DNA from: Patescibacteria group bacterium
Lineage (GTDB): Bacteria > Patescibacteriota > Patescibacteriia > JACRDY01
Assembly (NCBI GenBank): GCA_041653535.1
Contig: JBAZFH010000001.1
Coordinates: forward strand, 86,175 to 150,174
Direction: 5' to 3'
Length of the DNA stretch: 64,000 nucleotides
The translations under genes and the position numbers were made by a program. The notes under the pieces were generated by a model. It did not search any database. It was not told the DNA's origin and worked only from the letters and a program-made list of their open reading frames with translations. Each line of letters opens with the position of its first letter. Within the stretch, counting starts at the first letter, position 1. Of this stretch, positions 39,518-49,329 are shown one piece after another.

Positions 39518-40819
39518 ATGAATACGACGGCAAGAGTTGCGTTAGTGTATCCAGAGGTTTATGACCTTGCTCACTTCAAGGAAAAAAGAAAAGAATTTCC
39601 TCCTTTTGGGGTATTGTATCTCGCTTCTTTTCTTGAAAAAAATAATATTGAAGTTAAGATATTTAAGACCGTTAGCGGGGATGAGCAATATGATTTTAGG
39701 GGTTATGATGTGGTTGGTTTTAGTATACCAGCTTCAGCGACATACAATCTTCTTAAAAATGTAAGATTTTTAGCTCGCTATTCAAAAGATGTTGTAATCG
39801 CTGTGGGCGGTGTTCACCCTAGTTTTTATCCCCAAAAAACCTTTATTGATTTTAAAGCCGATGTGGTAGCGATCGGATGTGGTGAAAGAACTATCGTTGA
39901 TATAGTTAATGCTTGCCATGATAAAGATTTTTCTCGAGTAAGTGGCGTCTGCTGTTTTAGTGGTCAATCTTTGGTCATAAACCAGGCAGGTCCTCTAGAT
40001 AAAGATATTGATTGGCTTGCTTTTCCTGCCAGACATTTGCTTGACGAGTCAGACTTTATTATGAATAATCGGTTGGCAGGCACCGATATTCGTATGACAC
40101 ATATAATGTTAAGTAGGGGTTGCCCCTTCTCCTGTCGCTTTTGTGCTGTAATGCAAAAGAAGTTACAATATCGTTCTGGTGTTAATGCAAAAACCGAACT
40201 CGAGTACTTAAAGCGTGAATATCAGATCAATGGGTTTGCAATTGTTGATGACAATTTTGTGGTCGACAAAAGGGCAGTTAATGTCTTGTGTAAGGAGATA
40301 GGTGGTCTCGGGCTAGCCTGGTCTGCGCTCTCTCGAGTTGATACAGTTGACTACGAATTGCTTGAGGTCATGCAAGATGCTGGATGTCTCGAACTTAAAT
40401 TTGGAATAGAGTCCGGGAGTGAGCGAATGCTCCAAGCCATGGGTAAGAACATCTCTTGTAATCAAATACGTAGAGCCATCACCCTGTCTTTTTCCCTGGG
40501 TATCAAGGTAAAAGCTTTCCTAGTACATGGTTTTCCCGGGGAAGACATGTCGAGTACCCAAGAGACTATTTCGCTCCTTAAAGACATCGGTGGTATGATT
40601 GACAGGGTTTCTCTTTTTCGTTTCACCCCTCTTCCAGGATCGTATGTTTTCAATAATGCAAGCAAGTTCGGCTTGTTAATTCCTGAAAATATTGAAGACT
40701 GGAGTAGATTCCACATCTATCATAATAATTATCATTGGTGGGGGAGCGCAGAAGACTTTCATCAGGTTGAAGTTTCTTATAGCGAACTCGAAAAATTTAT
40801 TACTGACAATTGGCAGTAA
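39518..40819 (+). CDS. B12-binding-domain radical SAM protein
   Basis: PPFGVLYLAS, VGGVHPS, SRGCPFSCRFC, DDNF, FGIESGS, TPLPGS; SD AAGGAG. Confidence 0.92.
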   Translation: MNTTARVALVYPEVYDLAHFKEKRKEFPPFGVLYLASFLEKNNIEVKIFKTVSGDEQYDFRGYDVVGFSIPASATYNLLKNVRFLARYSKDVVIAVGGVHPSFYPQKTFIDFKADVVAIGCGERTIVDIVNACHDKDFSRVSGVCCFSGQSLVINQAGPLDKDIDWLAFPARHLLDESDFIMNNRLAGTDIRMTHIMLSRGCPFSCRFCAVMQKKLQYRSGVNAKTELEYLKREYQINGFAIVDDNFVVDKRAVNVLCKEIGGLGLAWSALSRVDTVDYELLEVMQDAGCLELKFGIESGSERMLQAMGKNISCNQIRRAITLSFSLGIKVKAFLVHGFPGEDMSSTQETISLLKDIGGMIDRVSLFRFTPLPGSYVFNNASKFGLLIPENIEDWSRFHIYHNNYHWWGSAEDFHQVEVSYSELEKFITDNWQ

Positions 40820-40869
40820 TAAATTTAAAATTCAAAAGTTGTGTCTTGAAAACACGACTTTTTTTTAGT

Positions 40870-41271
40870 TTATCGCTCAAAAGGTTTTATCCAACCGAGA
40901 TCTTGCCATAAAGCTAATTCATCAGAATAGGGCATTTCATTTTTCGAAATATGGTTTATGTAACATACTTCTATTTTTTTATTTAAAGCTCTGTTTAGTC
41001 CTAAAGCGAACGCCATTTCTGCAAATACGCCAGCTCCTATATAGCCAGCAATACCCTTTTTTTCAAAGTTTAGGGCTAGTACGATATCTGCCTTAGTTAT
41101 GGCATTGTAATGCTCGGAGAATTCTTTGTTGTAGCTATTTAGAAAATCGTTTTTAATTTTTGTAGGATATTTTAACACTTCAAAACCGTGTTTTTCTAAT
41201 CTATCTTTCCATTCCAGTATTTTTTCTTCAAAAGATGCGCTGGAACAAATTACGACTTTTTTCTTTTTCAT
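40870..41271 (-). CDS. Nucleoside 2-deoxyribosyltransferase-like (NDT-fold) protein
   Basis: VVICSSASF, ITKADIVLALN, YIGAGVFAEMAFA with the NDT-type Glu. Confidence 0.6.
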   Translation of the reverse strand: MKKKKVVICSSASFEEKILEWKDRLEKHGFEVLKYPTKIKNDFLNSYNKEFSEHYNAITKADIVLALNFEKKGIAGYIGAGVFAEMAFALGLNRALNKKIEVCYINHISKNEMPYSDELALWQDLGWIKPFER

Positions 41272-41410
41272 ATTAATTTATTATTAAAGACTAAATATTT
41301 GTCACTTTTTATTATAATAACAACAACTCTTTTTTAAATCAAAGGGCTTTTAGGTTTTTGGCAAAAATACATATAATGATTAGTATTAATTGAGCGGGTT
41401 CCCTAGGGGC

Positions 41411-41551
41411 TTATTAACTAATCTGCCAGGAGATAAAAAAGCTTCTAATCGTGGGAGAATAGTTAATTTTTAGTAAAAATGTTTAAAATTAGATAAAAAA
41501 CATGGGTGGAAATACCCTTGTTTTTTTTAGTCTTTTTGTGTTGACAAAAAT
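41411..41551 (+). repeat. Direct repeat copy 2 (141 bp)
   Basis: Matches copy 1; its TTGACA (41541-41546) pairs with TG-T-TAAGAT (41561-41569). Confidence 0.97.
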
Positions 41552-41598
41552 TGTTATATATGTTAAGATGATTAATCGCATTGATAAAATTTTAATAT

Positions 41599-42753
41599 AT
41601 GAAAATAGCGTTTATCGGTCAAAAGGGTATTCCTACCAAATTTGGTGGAATCGAAAGGCATGTAGAAGAATTAGCTGTCCGTCTTGTTAAGGCTGGTCAG
41701 AAGGTTTTTGTTTATTGCCGCCCTTGGTATGCGCCAGTAGATAAAAAGTCCTTTCGTGGAATTAAATTAATTAGCCTGCCGTCTATCAGAACTAAACATT
41801 TGGATGCGATTTCTCATACTTTTATCGCCACTTTACACGCATTGTTTTCCGATTATGACATTATTCATTATCACGGAGTCGGTCCGGCTTTACTTTCTTT
41901 TATTCCGCGAATTTTTAAACCTCAAGTCAGGGTGGTGGCGACTTTTCATTGTATTGATCGCAAACATCAGAAATGGGGATTATTTGCCCGTACCTTTTTG
42001 AAGCTGGGAGAGCGTGCGGCTTGTTTGTTCGCTCATCAAACCATTACGGTTTCTAAAACATTACAATATTATTGTTCTCAGATCTATAATACCGATACTG
42101 TCTATATTCCCAACGGCGTTGGTCGCAAAAACGTTAATTGCGGCAGTGACCTGATCGCTAAAAAATTTGGCTTGCAGGAAAACGGTTATCTTTTAGTGGT
42201 TTCTCGTTTGGTCCGGCACAAAGGCATTCATTATTTGATTAATGCTTTTCATCGTCTAAAAACCGATAAAAAGCTGGTTATTGTCGGTGATTCTGCTTTT
42301 ACCGATGATTATGTTCAAGAGTTGCACGACTTGTCTTATGGCAGTAAAAACATTATTTTTACCGGATATCAAAACGGTAAAGTCTTAGATCAACTTTTTG
42401 CTAATGCTTACGCTTTTATTTTACCTTCTGAATCAGAGGGTTTGCCAATAGTTATCCTGGAAGCCATGGCTTACGGCAAGGCGGTGTTGGCTTCTGATAT
42501 TACTGAAAATCTGGAAGTAGTCCGCGGTCATGGTTTTAGTTTTCGTAATAAACAAATTGACGATTTAGTAAGCAGGCTAAAACATTTATTGGATAACCAA
42601 AAAAACGTGGAAGCTATTGGTAGAGAAAGTCGGGATTTTGTTATGCAAAATTATAACTGGGACGACATAGTAAAAAAGACCATAGTTCTTTATCACCAAA
42701 CTTTAAAAAGCGGAGCTAAAAAAGGCTTAGCGCCGTCTCAAGTGCAGGCTTAA
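41599..42753 (+). CDS. Glycosyltransferase family 4
   Basis: MKIAFIGQKGIPTKFGGIERHVEE, SRLVRHKG, EGLPIVILEAMAYG. Confidence 0.93.
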   Translation: MKIAFIGQKGIPTKFGGIERHVEELAVRLVKAGQKVFVYCRPWYAPVDKKSFRGIKLISLPSIRTKHLDAISHTFIATLHALFSDYDIIHYHGVGPALLSFIPRIFKPQVRVVATFHCIDRKHQKWGLFARTFLKLGERAACLFAHQTITVSKTLQYYCSQIYNTDTVYIPNGVGRKNVNCGSDLIAKKFGLQENGYLLVVSRLVRHKGIHYLINAFHRLKTDKKLVIVGDSAFTDDYVQELHDLSYGSKNIIFTGYQNGKVLDQLFANAYAFILPSESEGLPIVILEAMAYGKAVLASDITENLEVVRGHGFSFRNKQIDDLVSRLKHLLDNQKNVEAIGRESRDFVMQNYNWDDIVKKTIVLYHQTLKSGAKKGLAPSQVQA

Positions 42754-42774
42754 AAAATTATAACTTAAAAGATA

Positions 42775-42804
42775 AAAAACCGCTCCAAAGAGGAGTGGTT
42801 TTTT
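42775..42804. terminator. Bidirectional terminator
   Basis: AAAAACCGCTCC-AAAGA-GGAGTGGTTTTTT. Confidence 0.8.
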
Positions 42805-42826
42805 AAAAAGCTTTCCCGGCAAGAAA

Positions 42827-43114
42827 CTATTTTTTATCTGTGTGTGGATAGCTTTTAGGGTTAGGGGAATACAAGGGGGAGGAAATTTTCCATTTTTCTA
42901 CAAACTGTCCGAGACCTTCTTTTGAAAGTTTATTTTTTACCGTTGGTCTCTTTTGTGACCACTTAAGAATATTTTCAAAGTTAAGGCGGTAGCGACCGCG
43001 AACAACTACGTACGTTATCTCTTGATTTTTTATAGCTCGGCGAATAGTTTTTTGATCAATGCCAAAAAGGCGAGCGGCTTCAGAAACAGATAGACGAATA
43101 GGAGAGTTGTTCAT
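42827..43114 (-). CDS. Excisionase-like (HTH_17) DNA-binding protein
   Basis: LSVSEAARLFGIDQKTIRRAIK..GRYRL. Confidence 0.8.
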   Translation of the reverse strand: MNNSPIRLSVSEAARLFGIDQKTIRRAIKNQEITYVVVRGRYRLNFENILKWSQKRPTVKNKLSKEGLGQFVEKWKISSPLYSPNPKSYPHTDKK

Positions 43115-43436
43115 AATTTTATTTAGTTATTAATACAGGGATAATAGCATGTTTTGAAGATATATGTCCAGGATAGAGTGGACAAATACAAGTATACAGT
43201 ATGAAGTATCAGTATGCAGGGGGGGGGCGTGCTTGTTAGTTCCTGTTAACAAATTAGCGCCTGATACGTCTAATTATACGTATAAGTAATTAGCCGCTGT
43301 TATTAAATAGTAGATAAGGCCGTCGTTAGCAGTTAAGAGCTGTGTGCCAAGGCTATTTTAGTGGATAACCGCCTTGCTACCATAGCCCTTTTAAGCTACA
43401 ATAATTCCACTGTTTTACCTCAAATGTAGCACGAGG

Positions 43437-43464
43437 TGTAACAAAAAGACGGCTATTTCGTCAT
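43437..43464 (+). promoter_or_regulatory. ECF-type promoter directly upstream of the ECF sigma gene
   Basis: TGTAAC-N16-CGTC, 7 nt before ATG. Confidence 0.7.
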
Positions 43465-43469
43465 AGTAA

Positions 43470-44027
43470 ATGAGCAGTATTTCACAGAAAATCTTGTTAA
43501 TGAAGTTAAAGACCAAAGATCCGGAAATCTTCGGTCATTTTTATGATTTATATGTCAGTCGTATTTATCAGTTTATTTATTTTAAGGTTTCTTCCCGTGA
43601 GGAAGCTGAAGACTTAACCGCCGAAACTTTTTTGAAGATCTGGGAATACATTTTTGAGAATAAAAAAATTGACAATCTAAACGCTTTCACTTATCAGGTA
43701 GCGCGCAATCTCGTGATTGATTTCTATCGTAAGCGATCGCAGCAAAGATTGATTCCTGATTCCGATGAAAGTTTGGAGCAGTTACCCGATACTAAGACTA
43801 TGCCGGTAGACCAGCGGGTAGCTCTAGCCTCTGATGTAGAAAAGCTAGAAAAATATCTACGTCAGATGAAAGACGAATACCGTGAGGTGATCGTCCTGAA
43901 GTTTTTCGACGAATTAAGCATTAGTGAGATTGCCAGCGTGCTTGGCAAAAGCAACGGTAGCGTGAGGGTTTTGGCTCATCGCGCACTCAATACACTTAAA
44001 GAATTAGTTGAAAGAGATGAAAAATAA
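43470..44027 (+). CDS. ECF RNA polymerase sigma factor
   Basis: EAEDLTAETFLKIW, YQVARNLVIDFYR, LSISEIASVLGKSNGSVRVLAHRA. Confidence 0.95.
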   Translation: MSSISQKILLMKLKTKDPEIFGHFYDLYVSRIYQFIYFKVSSREEAEDLTAETFLKIWEYIFENKKIDNLNAFTYQVARNLVIDFYRKRSQQRLIPDSDESLEQLPDTKTMPVDQRVALASDVEKLEKYLRQMKDEYREVIVLKFFDELSISEIASVLGKSNGSVRVLAHRALNTLKELVERDEK

Positions 44028-45159
44028 AGATTTCATCAATAAGCTAAAAGAAATTAAAACCGGTCAACCGGACTCCGAGTGGGTCAAACGGAACCGGGAT
44101 ATTTTGTTATACCAAGTTAAGGCCCAGCAGAGTTCTCGTTTCGAAATGTTTTCCAAAGACGGGGCTAATTATACATGGAGCGTATTTCGTTTATTATTTC
44201 CAACCAGCTTTGCCTATAGATTGACTGCCGTAGTTTGTTTGATGTTGGTTTTAATCGCCAGTAGTTCTGTTACCACTACTTGGGCTGATCGCAGTTTGCC
44301 TGGGGATTTTTTGTATCCGGTAAAATTAACATCCGAACGTGTTCAGCTAGCTTTTACTTTTGATCAAGAGTCGGAAACCAAATTGCAAGTCGAGTTTGCC
44401 GGTAAAAGACTGCAGGAAGTTGAACAGATTAGTCTGGGAGACGAGTCAGATGTTAATAAGGCCGACAAGATAAAGACTTCATTAAATGGTTATAAGAAAA
44501 ATATTCAACAAGTAAAGAACGATTTGGAAAAGATAAACAAGGAAAGTGAACCGGGAAAAGCAGCCGAACTCGCCTCTTTGGTAAGTAAGCAAGTTGGTGA
44601 TTATTCCACGGTCTTGGGTAACAAGGCTACTGTTCCAACGTCAGATATAAATGAGGCGATACTTGCGTCCGATCAGGTAGTTGATAAGAGTATTGATGTG
44701 GTTTTGGAAAAATATCAGCAAGTTGGCGGTACTAGCGTGCCGGTTTCTCCGCAGGAGCTCGCTATTATTTTTAATAAAAAAGCGGAAATAATTAGTAAGT
44801 TTATAGAAAATATAGAAGTGACTATCAAAGCGGGTAAAGATCTGACCGCTAGTGCTACCGGAGAGAACAAAGAATCTGTCCAAAAAGAAGCCGGAGACGC
44901 TCTGGGTAAATTTTTGGTTAAATTAGAAACTGCAAAAAACGACTTTAATAAAGTAAAAGAAACTTTTGCTAGCGGAGAAACGATAACGGCACTGAAAGAT
45001 ATCGTTAATATTTCTTCGACAGTAAAAGATTTGCAGGGCGATGTTTATAGCTTTGTTCAGGATTTACGAAATAAAGTAAAGGTTGAAATGCCGGAGGTTA
45101 AGGGCGAAGAGATAGAAACGGGAGACAGCAAAAATAGCCAATTGGAGGATTTAAAATAA
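44017..45159 (+). CDS. DUF5667-like membrane-anchored protein, candidate anti-sigma
   Basis: Overlaps sigma stop; one TM then SLPGDFLYPVKLTSE..KRLQE. Confidence 0.75.
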   Translation: MKNKDFINKLKEIKTGQPDSEWVKRNRDILLYQVKAQQSSRFEMFSKDGANYTWSVFRLLFPTSFAYRLTAVVCLMLVLIASSSVTTTWADRSLPGDFLYPVKLTSERVQLAFTFDQESETKLQVEFAGKRLQEVEQISLGDESDVNKADKIKTSLNGYKKNIQQVKNDLEKINKESEPGKAAELASLVSKQVGDYSTVLGNKATVPTSDINEAILASDQVVDKSIDVVLEKYQQVGGTSVPVSPQELAIIFNKKAEIISKFIENIEVTIKAGKDLTASATGENKESVQKEAGDALGKFLVKLETAKNDFNKVKETFASGETITALKDIVNISSTVKDLQGDVYSFVQDLRNKVKVEMPEVKGEEIETGDSKNSQLEDLK

Positions 45160-45370
45160 TTAATTAATTCACGTTAAGATTAATATGTAGGGTTCACTTT
45201 AGGTGGATTTTGCATAATTAATTGATATGTGAAAAATAACAAGGTCGATTCTCGCAAGAGAAGTTTTCACGGTTAATATTAATAAAATGTGCTTGTCTGG
45301 ATATATGTTAGTGCATTCCAATTGGGCATTAATATGTACTGGACGACACAAATGGAGAAAAAGGTCTATT

Positions 45371-48300
45371 ATGACAAAACTAATTAAAAAAGGTTTCACC
45401 GTCTCTGTTGTTGTAGCCACCATTTTTTGGGCTATCGGTTTAGCTGCATTTTTGCCTGTTGGCGCTGCAGCTGCTGTTGCCGAAGGTGACTTAATCAAGC
45501 AGGCCGGCAACCCGACTGTGTATTACTACTACGCCAGTAAGAGATATATCTTCCCGACTGAAGCCACTTACTTTTCATGGTACAGTGATTTCTCCGGCGT
45601 TAAGACTATTTCTCAGTCTGAGCTAGAAGCTATTCCTCTCGGTACTAACGTTGTAATCCGCCCAGGCACCAAGCTTGCAAAGATTACTACCAATCCGAAG
45701 GTTTATGCTGTTGCCCCAAATGGCGTTTTACGCCACATAGATAGTGAAGCTCGTGCTACAACTTTATTCGGCGCTAACTGGGCCAAGAGAGTCGTAGATG
45801 TTCCAGATGGTTTTTGGAACAACTACACCGAAGGCGCAGCTTTTACCTCCGATGTTCACCCAGCAGGTTCTTTAGTTAAATATGCCGCTTCTGGCGATAT
45901 TTACTATATTAATGCTGATGGCAAGAAGCAAAAATTTGCTTCTATGGATGCCTTCAATGCTAATCGCTTTAAATTAAGCGATGTCATCACAATTTCTGAT
46001 ACTTTGGTTTATACCACTGGTACTGAAATTACTGGTGCTCTTGGTAGTCTAACTAATACAGCTCAAGCTGGTGGTACCGCTACTGTTGGTACTGGCGCTT
46101 TGACTGTATCATTAGCTTCTGGTAATCCAGGCGCTATGACTGTTCCTACCAAGGCTTCTGGCGTTGAACTTCTACGCATTAATTTAACTGCTGGATCCAC
46201 TGCTTCTGCTCTAACCGAATTAACCGTCCACAGAACTGGCGTTGGCTCTGTATCTGACTTTGCTAACCTATATCTGTATGATGGTGCTACTCGTTTGACT
46301 AGCGGTCGCAGCATTGGTTCTTCTACCAATGATGCCGTGTTTACCAATTTAAATGTAGCTGTTGCTGCTAATACCACCAAGACTTTGATGGTCAAAGGTG
46401 ATATTGCTACTTCACCTACTGCTTCCGACGTTCACTACTTTGAGGTCAGCAATGCTGCCGCTGTAGTTGGCGCCGCTAGCGTAGCTGGCACTTTCCCTGT
46501 AAAGGGTAATGCCATCACTATTGGTAACCAGGCTGTTTCCACAGCTACTATCACCAAGGGTACTACCCCAGCTTCTCCGATTATCGGACAGACTGGCGCA
46601 ACCCTATCCGAGTTCAAGATTGCCGCTGGTTCTCATGACCTCGAATTGACTCAAATCGCTTTGACCCAGGCTGGTTCTACCAGTAATAGCAATTTAGCTA
46701 ATTTGAAGCTATATGCTAACGATGTTTTAGTAGCTTCTTCTGCTAGCATGACTGGTGATAAGATGATTTTCGTCTTGGACAGCGCTTATACTATTCCACA
46801 GGGTATTACCCGAATTTTCCAGGTCAAAGGCGACATCTCTGGTCGCTCGGGCTACACTGTTAGAACATATGTTGAATATGCTATCGATGTTGTAATTTCT
46901 GATAAGACTTACGGCATCGGTGCTTATGTTGATATCAGCACTTCTGGTACCTTTGATGGTTCCAGCACTGGTACCAAATACATTGAAGTTACTTCCAAGG
47001 GTGGTAAGGTGACCGTTGCTTTCAATGGTCCGCTCAAAGCCGATGTGGCCAAGGGTACCCAGGATGTAGAGTTCTACAAGTTTAGTATGACTGCTGCTGA
47101 TCAAGCAGTTGAAGTCAAGACTATCGGCTTCACTATTGCCAAACTTTCTACTGGTAATGGTAAAGTAAAAGGTTCTACCAACAATACTTTCACCGATCTT
47201 AAGATCACTGATTTGACTGCTGGTAAAACCATTATGGGTCCGAAGGAATACGTTGTGTCTGCTGATGCCACCACTACTGGCGAAGTTTCATTTACTGATT
47301 CTTTTGTCATTAATGCTGGCGAGACTAAGAATTTGGTCTTCACAGCCGATGTACGTAACACTGAGGATACTTCCGGTGACTTCATTGATGATGCTTTCCA
47401 GGCCACTTTGTCTGCCTTTGGCGACACCAGTATCCGCGAAGTATCAACCAACCAGTATCTAACTGCCTCTACTGACATCGTTCCGTATGCAGTTAACACT
47501 GGTAACAACATGACTGTCAAATCATCTGCTTTGACCGTTGCTCTAGCTTCTACCCCAAGTTCTGCGAACTTGGTCAAGAGAGCTACTGGTGTCAACACCG
47601 TTGCTTTCAGCTTCGATGCTGGTTCCCAGAGCGCTGTTAAGGTCAACTCTATAACCATGACTGGTTATGGCGATTTGGATGGTGGTGCTTCTTATACTGT
47701 TGGTGAATTTGATGATGTCGTTTTGTCCGCTTCTTTGTGGGATGGTACTACCCAAGTTGGTTCTACTGTCTCCCCAACTAGCGCAGGCGTATTAGCATTT
47801 ACCAACCTCAACTGGACCGTCCCAGCTGGCACTTCCAAGAAATTAACTGTGAAAACAGACGTTTCTTCTACTGCCGGTACAGGTGATAATGATATGTATT
47901 ATGTTCAGATGGCTGGTTCTGCCATTAGCGCTACTGACAAAGACAGCAATACTGTTGATGTCACTGGTACTTATAATGACAGCCCAACTGTTGCTCATAC
48001 CGTTTACAGCGCTGGTTCTTTGACCGTTGGTCAGGATTCAGCTTCCCCAGATGCTGATATCGTCGTTGCTGGTAATGCTGGCGTAGTAATGAGCAAATTC
48101 AAATTTGCCGCTACTCGCGAAGGTTACAACGTTACTAAAGCAAGAATTATTGTCTATAACGTAGGCGCTTCTGCTTATAACGCTAACACCGATGATAACT
48201 TTGACAGCATTGTTATCGAATATCCGAAGAAAGATGGTACTACTGGTACTGCTACTGGTTATCTATCCAGCGGCGCTGTCCAGTTCTCTGGTCTTGAGAT

Positions 48301-49144
48301 GTATGTTCCTAAAGATGGCGTAGCTGTGTTGACTGTTAAGGGTAACCTTAACACCATCAATGCTGGCGCTGACAGCGGTGAACAGCCAAGGCTAGATATC
48401 GACAACGATAATGCCACTGACAACGGATACTTCGCTGCTTCCGGTGAAGATTCTGGTACTGCTGTCTATGACAGCGGTTCAGCTGATATCACTGGTAAGG
48501 GTGGTATGGTTGTTCGTGCTACCAAGCCGACTGTAACCAAGGAAACCCTTGGCACTACTTTGACCACTGGTGACAACCAAGTCTTCAAGTTCAAGGTAGC
48601 TGCTGACGCTGCTCATTCTGTTGCGTTGAAGACTCTATGCTTCAACATCTCAACTTACGATGACAGTGCCTCTGCTTTGACTCTCGGTGTGTTCAAGCTC
48701 TACAACGCCGCTAACATGTCAACTCCGTTGAATGTTACTATCGTTGATGCTACCGCCACCGATTTGGAAAGCGGTACCTTAGCTGAGGGTAATAACCAAA
48801 AAGTATGGGTGCAGTTTGATGATGGTTCGGCTGAGACCATTGCCGCTGGTTCTTCTAAGACTTATGTCTTGAAGGGAACCGTGGCCAATGCCGCTCTCTA
48901 CGACAACATTACTACTACTCTCTATACCACTGGTGAAGTCCTTACAACCGGTGCTTTGGCTGCCGGCGCTACTCATGGTCGCGCTCAGGTTACCAACTCT
49001 ACCGAAAACGACTACTTCGTGTGGTCTGATTACTCTGGTGGTGACTCTGCTTGGTCTGATACTGTTGCGTCCTCGTCTTCTGACTGGACCAATGGTTATC
49101 TCGTCAAGACTCTACCTTCAGACAGTCATACTTTGACTTGGTAA
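45371..49144 (+). CDS. Large secreted S-layer-like surface protein (1257 aa)
   Basis: ATG 45371 after GGAG; signal peptide; three N-terminal GxLxK..VY repeats; Thr/Ser/Ala-rich beta modules; strongly biased ACT/GCT/GGT codons. Confidence 0.8.
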   Translation: MTKLIKKGFTVSVVVATIFWAIGLAAFLPVGAAAAVAEGDLIKQAGNPTVYYYYASKRYIFPTEATYFSWYSDFSGVKTISQSELEAIPLGTNVVIRPGTKLAKITTNPKVYAVAPNGVLRHIDSEARATTLFGANWAKRVVDVPDGFWNNYTEGAAFTSDVHPAGSLVKYAASGDIYYINADGKKQKFASMDAFNANRFKLSDVITISDTLVYTTGTEITGALGSLTNTAQAGGTATVGTGALTVSLASGNPGAMTVPTKASGVELLRINLTAGSTASALTELTVHRTGVGSVSDFANLYLYDGATRLTSGRSIGSSTNDAVFTNLNVAVAANTTKTLMVKGDIATSPTASDVHYFEVSNAAAVVGAASVAGTFPVKGNAITIGNQAVSTATITKGTTPASPIIGQTGATLSEFKIAAGSHDLELTQIALTQAGSTSNSNLANLKLYANDVLVASSASMTGDKMIFVLDSAYTIPQGITRIFQVKGDISGRSGYTVRTYVEYAIDVVISDKTYGIGAYVDISTSGTFDGSSTGTKYIEVTSKGGKVTVAFNGPLKADVAKGTQDVEFYKFSMTAADQAVEVKTIGFTIAKLSTGNGKVKGSTNNTFTDLKITDLTAGKTIMGPKEYVVSADATTTGEVSFTDSFVINAGETKNLVFTADVRNTEDTSGDFIDDAFQATLSAFGDTSIREVSTNQYLTASTDIVPYAVNTGNNMTVKSSALTVALASTPSSANLVKRATGVNTVAFSFDAGSQSAVKVNSITMTGYGDLDGGASYTVGEFDDVVLSASLWDGTTQVGSTVSPTSAGVLAFTNLNWTVPAGTSKKLTVKTDVSSTAGTGDNDMYYVQMAGSAISATDKDSNTVDVTGTYNDSPTVAHTVYSAGSLTVGQDSASPDADIVVAGNAGVVMSKFKFAATREGYNVTKARIIVYNVGASAYNANTDDNFDSIVIEYPKKDGTTGTATGYLSSGAVQFSGLEMYVPKDGVAVLTVKGNLNTINAGADSGEQPRLDIDNDNATDNGYFAASGEDSGTAVYDSGSADITGKGGMVVRATKPTVTKETLGTTLTTGDNQVFKFKVAADAAHSVALKTLCFNISTYDDSASALTLGVFKLYNAANMSTPLNVTIVDATATDLESGTLAEGNNQKVWVQFDDGSAETIAAGSSKTYVLKGTVANAALYDNITTTLYTTGEVLTTGALAAGATHGRAQVTNSTENDYFVWSDYSGGDSAWSDTVASSSSDWTNGYLVKTLPSDSHTLTW

Positions 49145-49192
49145 TCTTTACCAAATCGGGTTTGATAAAAAATTGTTAATTTAACTATTTTT

Positions 49193-49233
49193 CCTCCCGT
49201 CCTGCAGTTTGCATGGCGGGGGGTTTTTGTTTT
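49193..49233 (+). terminator. Intrinsic terminator
   Basis: CCTCCCGTC-CTGCAGTTTGCAT-GGCGGGGGG followed by TTTTTGTTTT. Confidence 0.75.
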
Positions 49234-49329
49234 AATTAGTTAAAACTCCGCATGTAAGAGAAGAGTGCTCTTGGAAGTGTAGTCCTTGGATAGATAAAGC
49301 AAATATTTTTATCTTGTTACCCATCTTTT

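Larger units (their letters stand above)
39443..41551. mobile_element. Direct-repeat-bounded two-gene islet, no integrase
   Basis: Two convergent genes between 140/141-bp direct repeats. Confidence 0.65.

Noticed and set aside
41390-41473. 27-aa TTG-started mini-ORF reusing the duplicated gene tail
   Set aside because: No SD and explained by the repeat itself; no independent evidence of expression
39303-41551. Diversity-generating retroelement VR/TR pair
   Set aside because: Only one substitution, with A in the genic copy (wrong polarity); repeat extends through terminator and promoter; no reverse transcriptase in the window
42827-43470. Replication origin or prophage remnant near the excisionase-like HTH gene
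   Set aside because: Only isolated imperfect DnaA boxes; no dnaA/dnaN, integrase or phage genes
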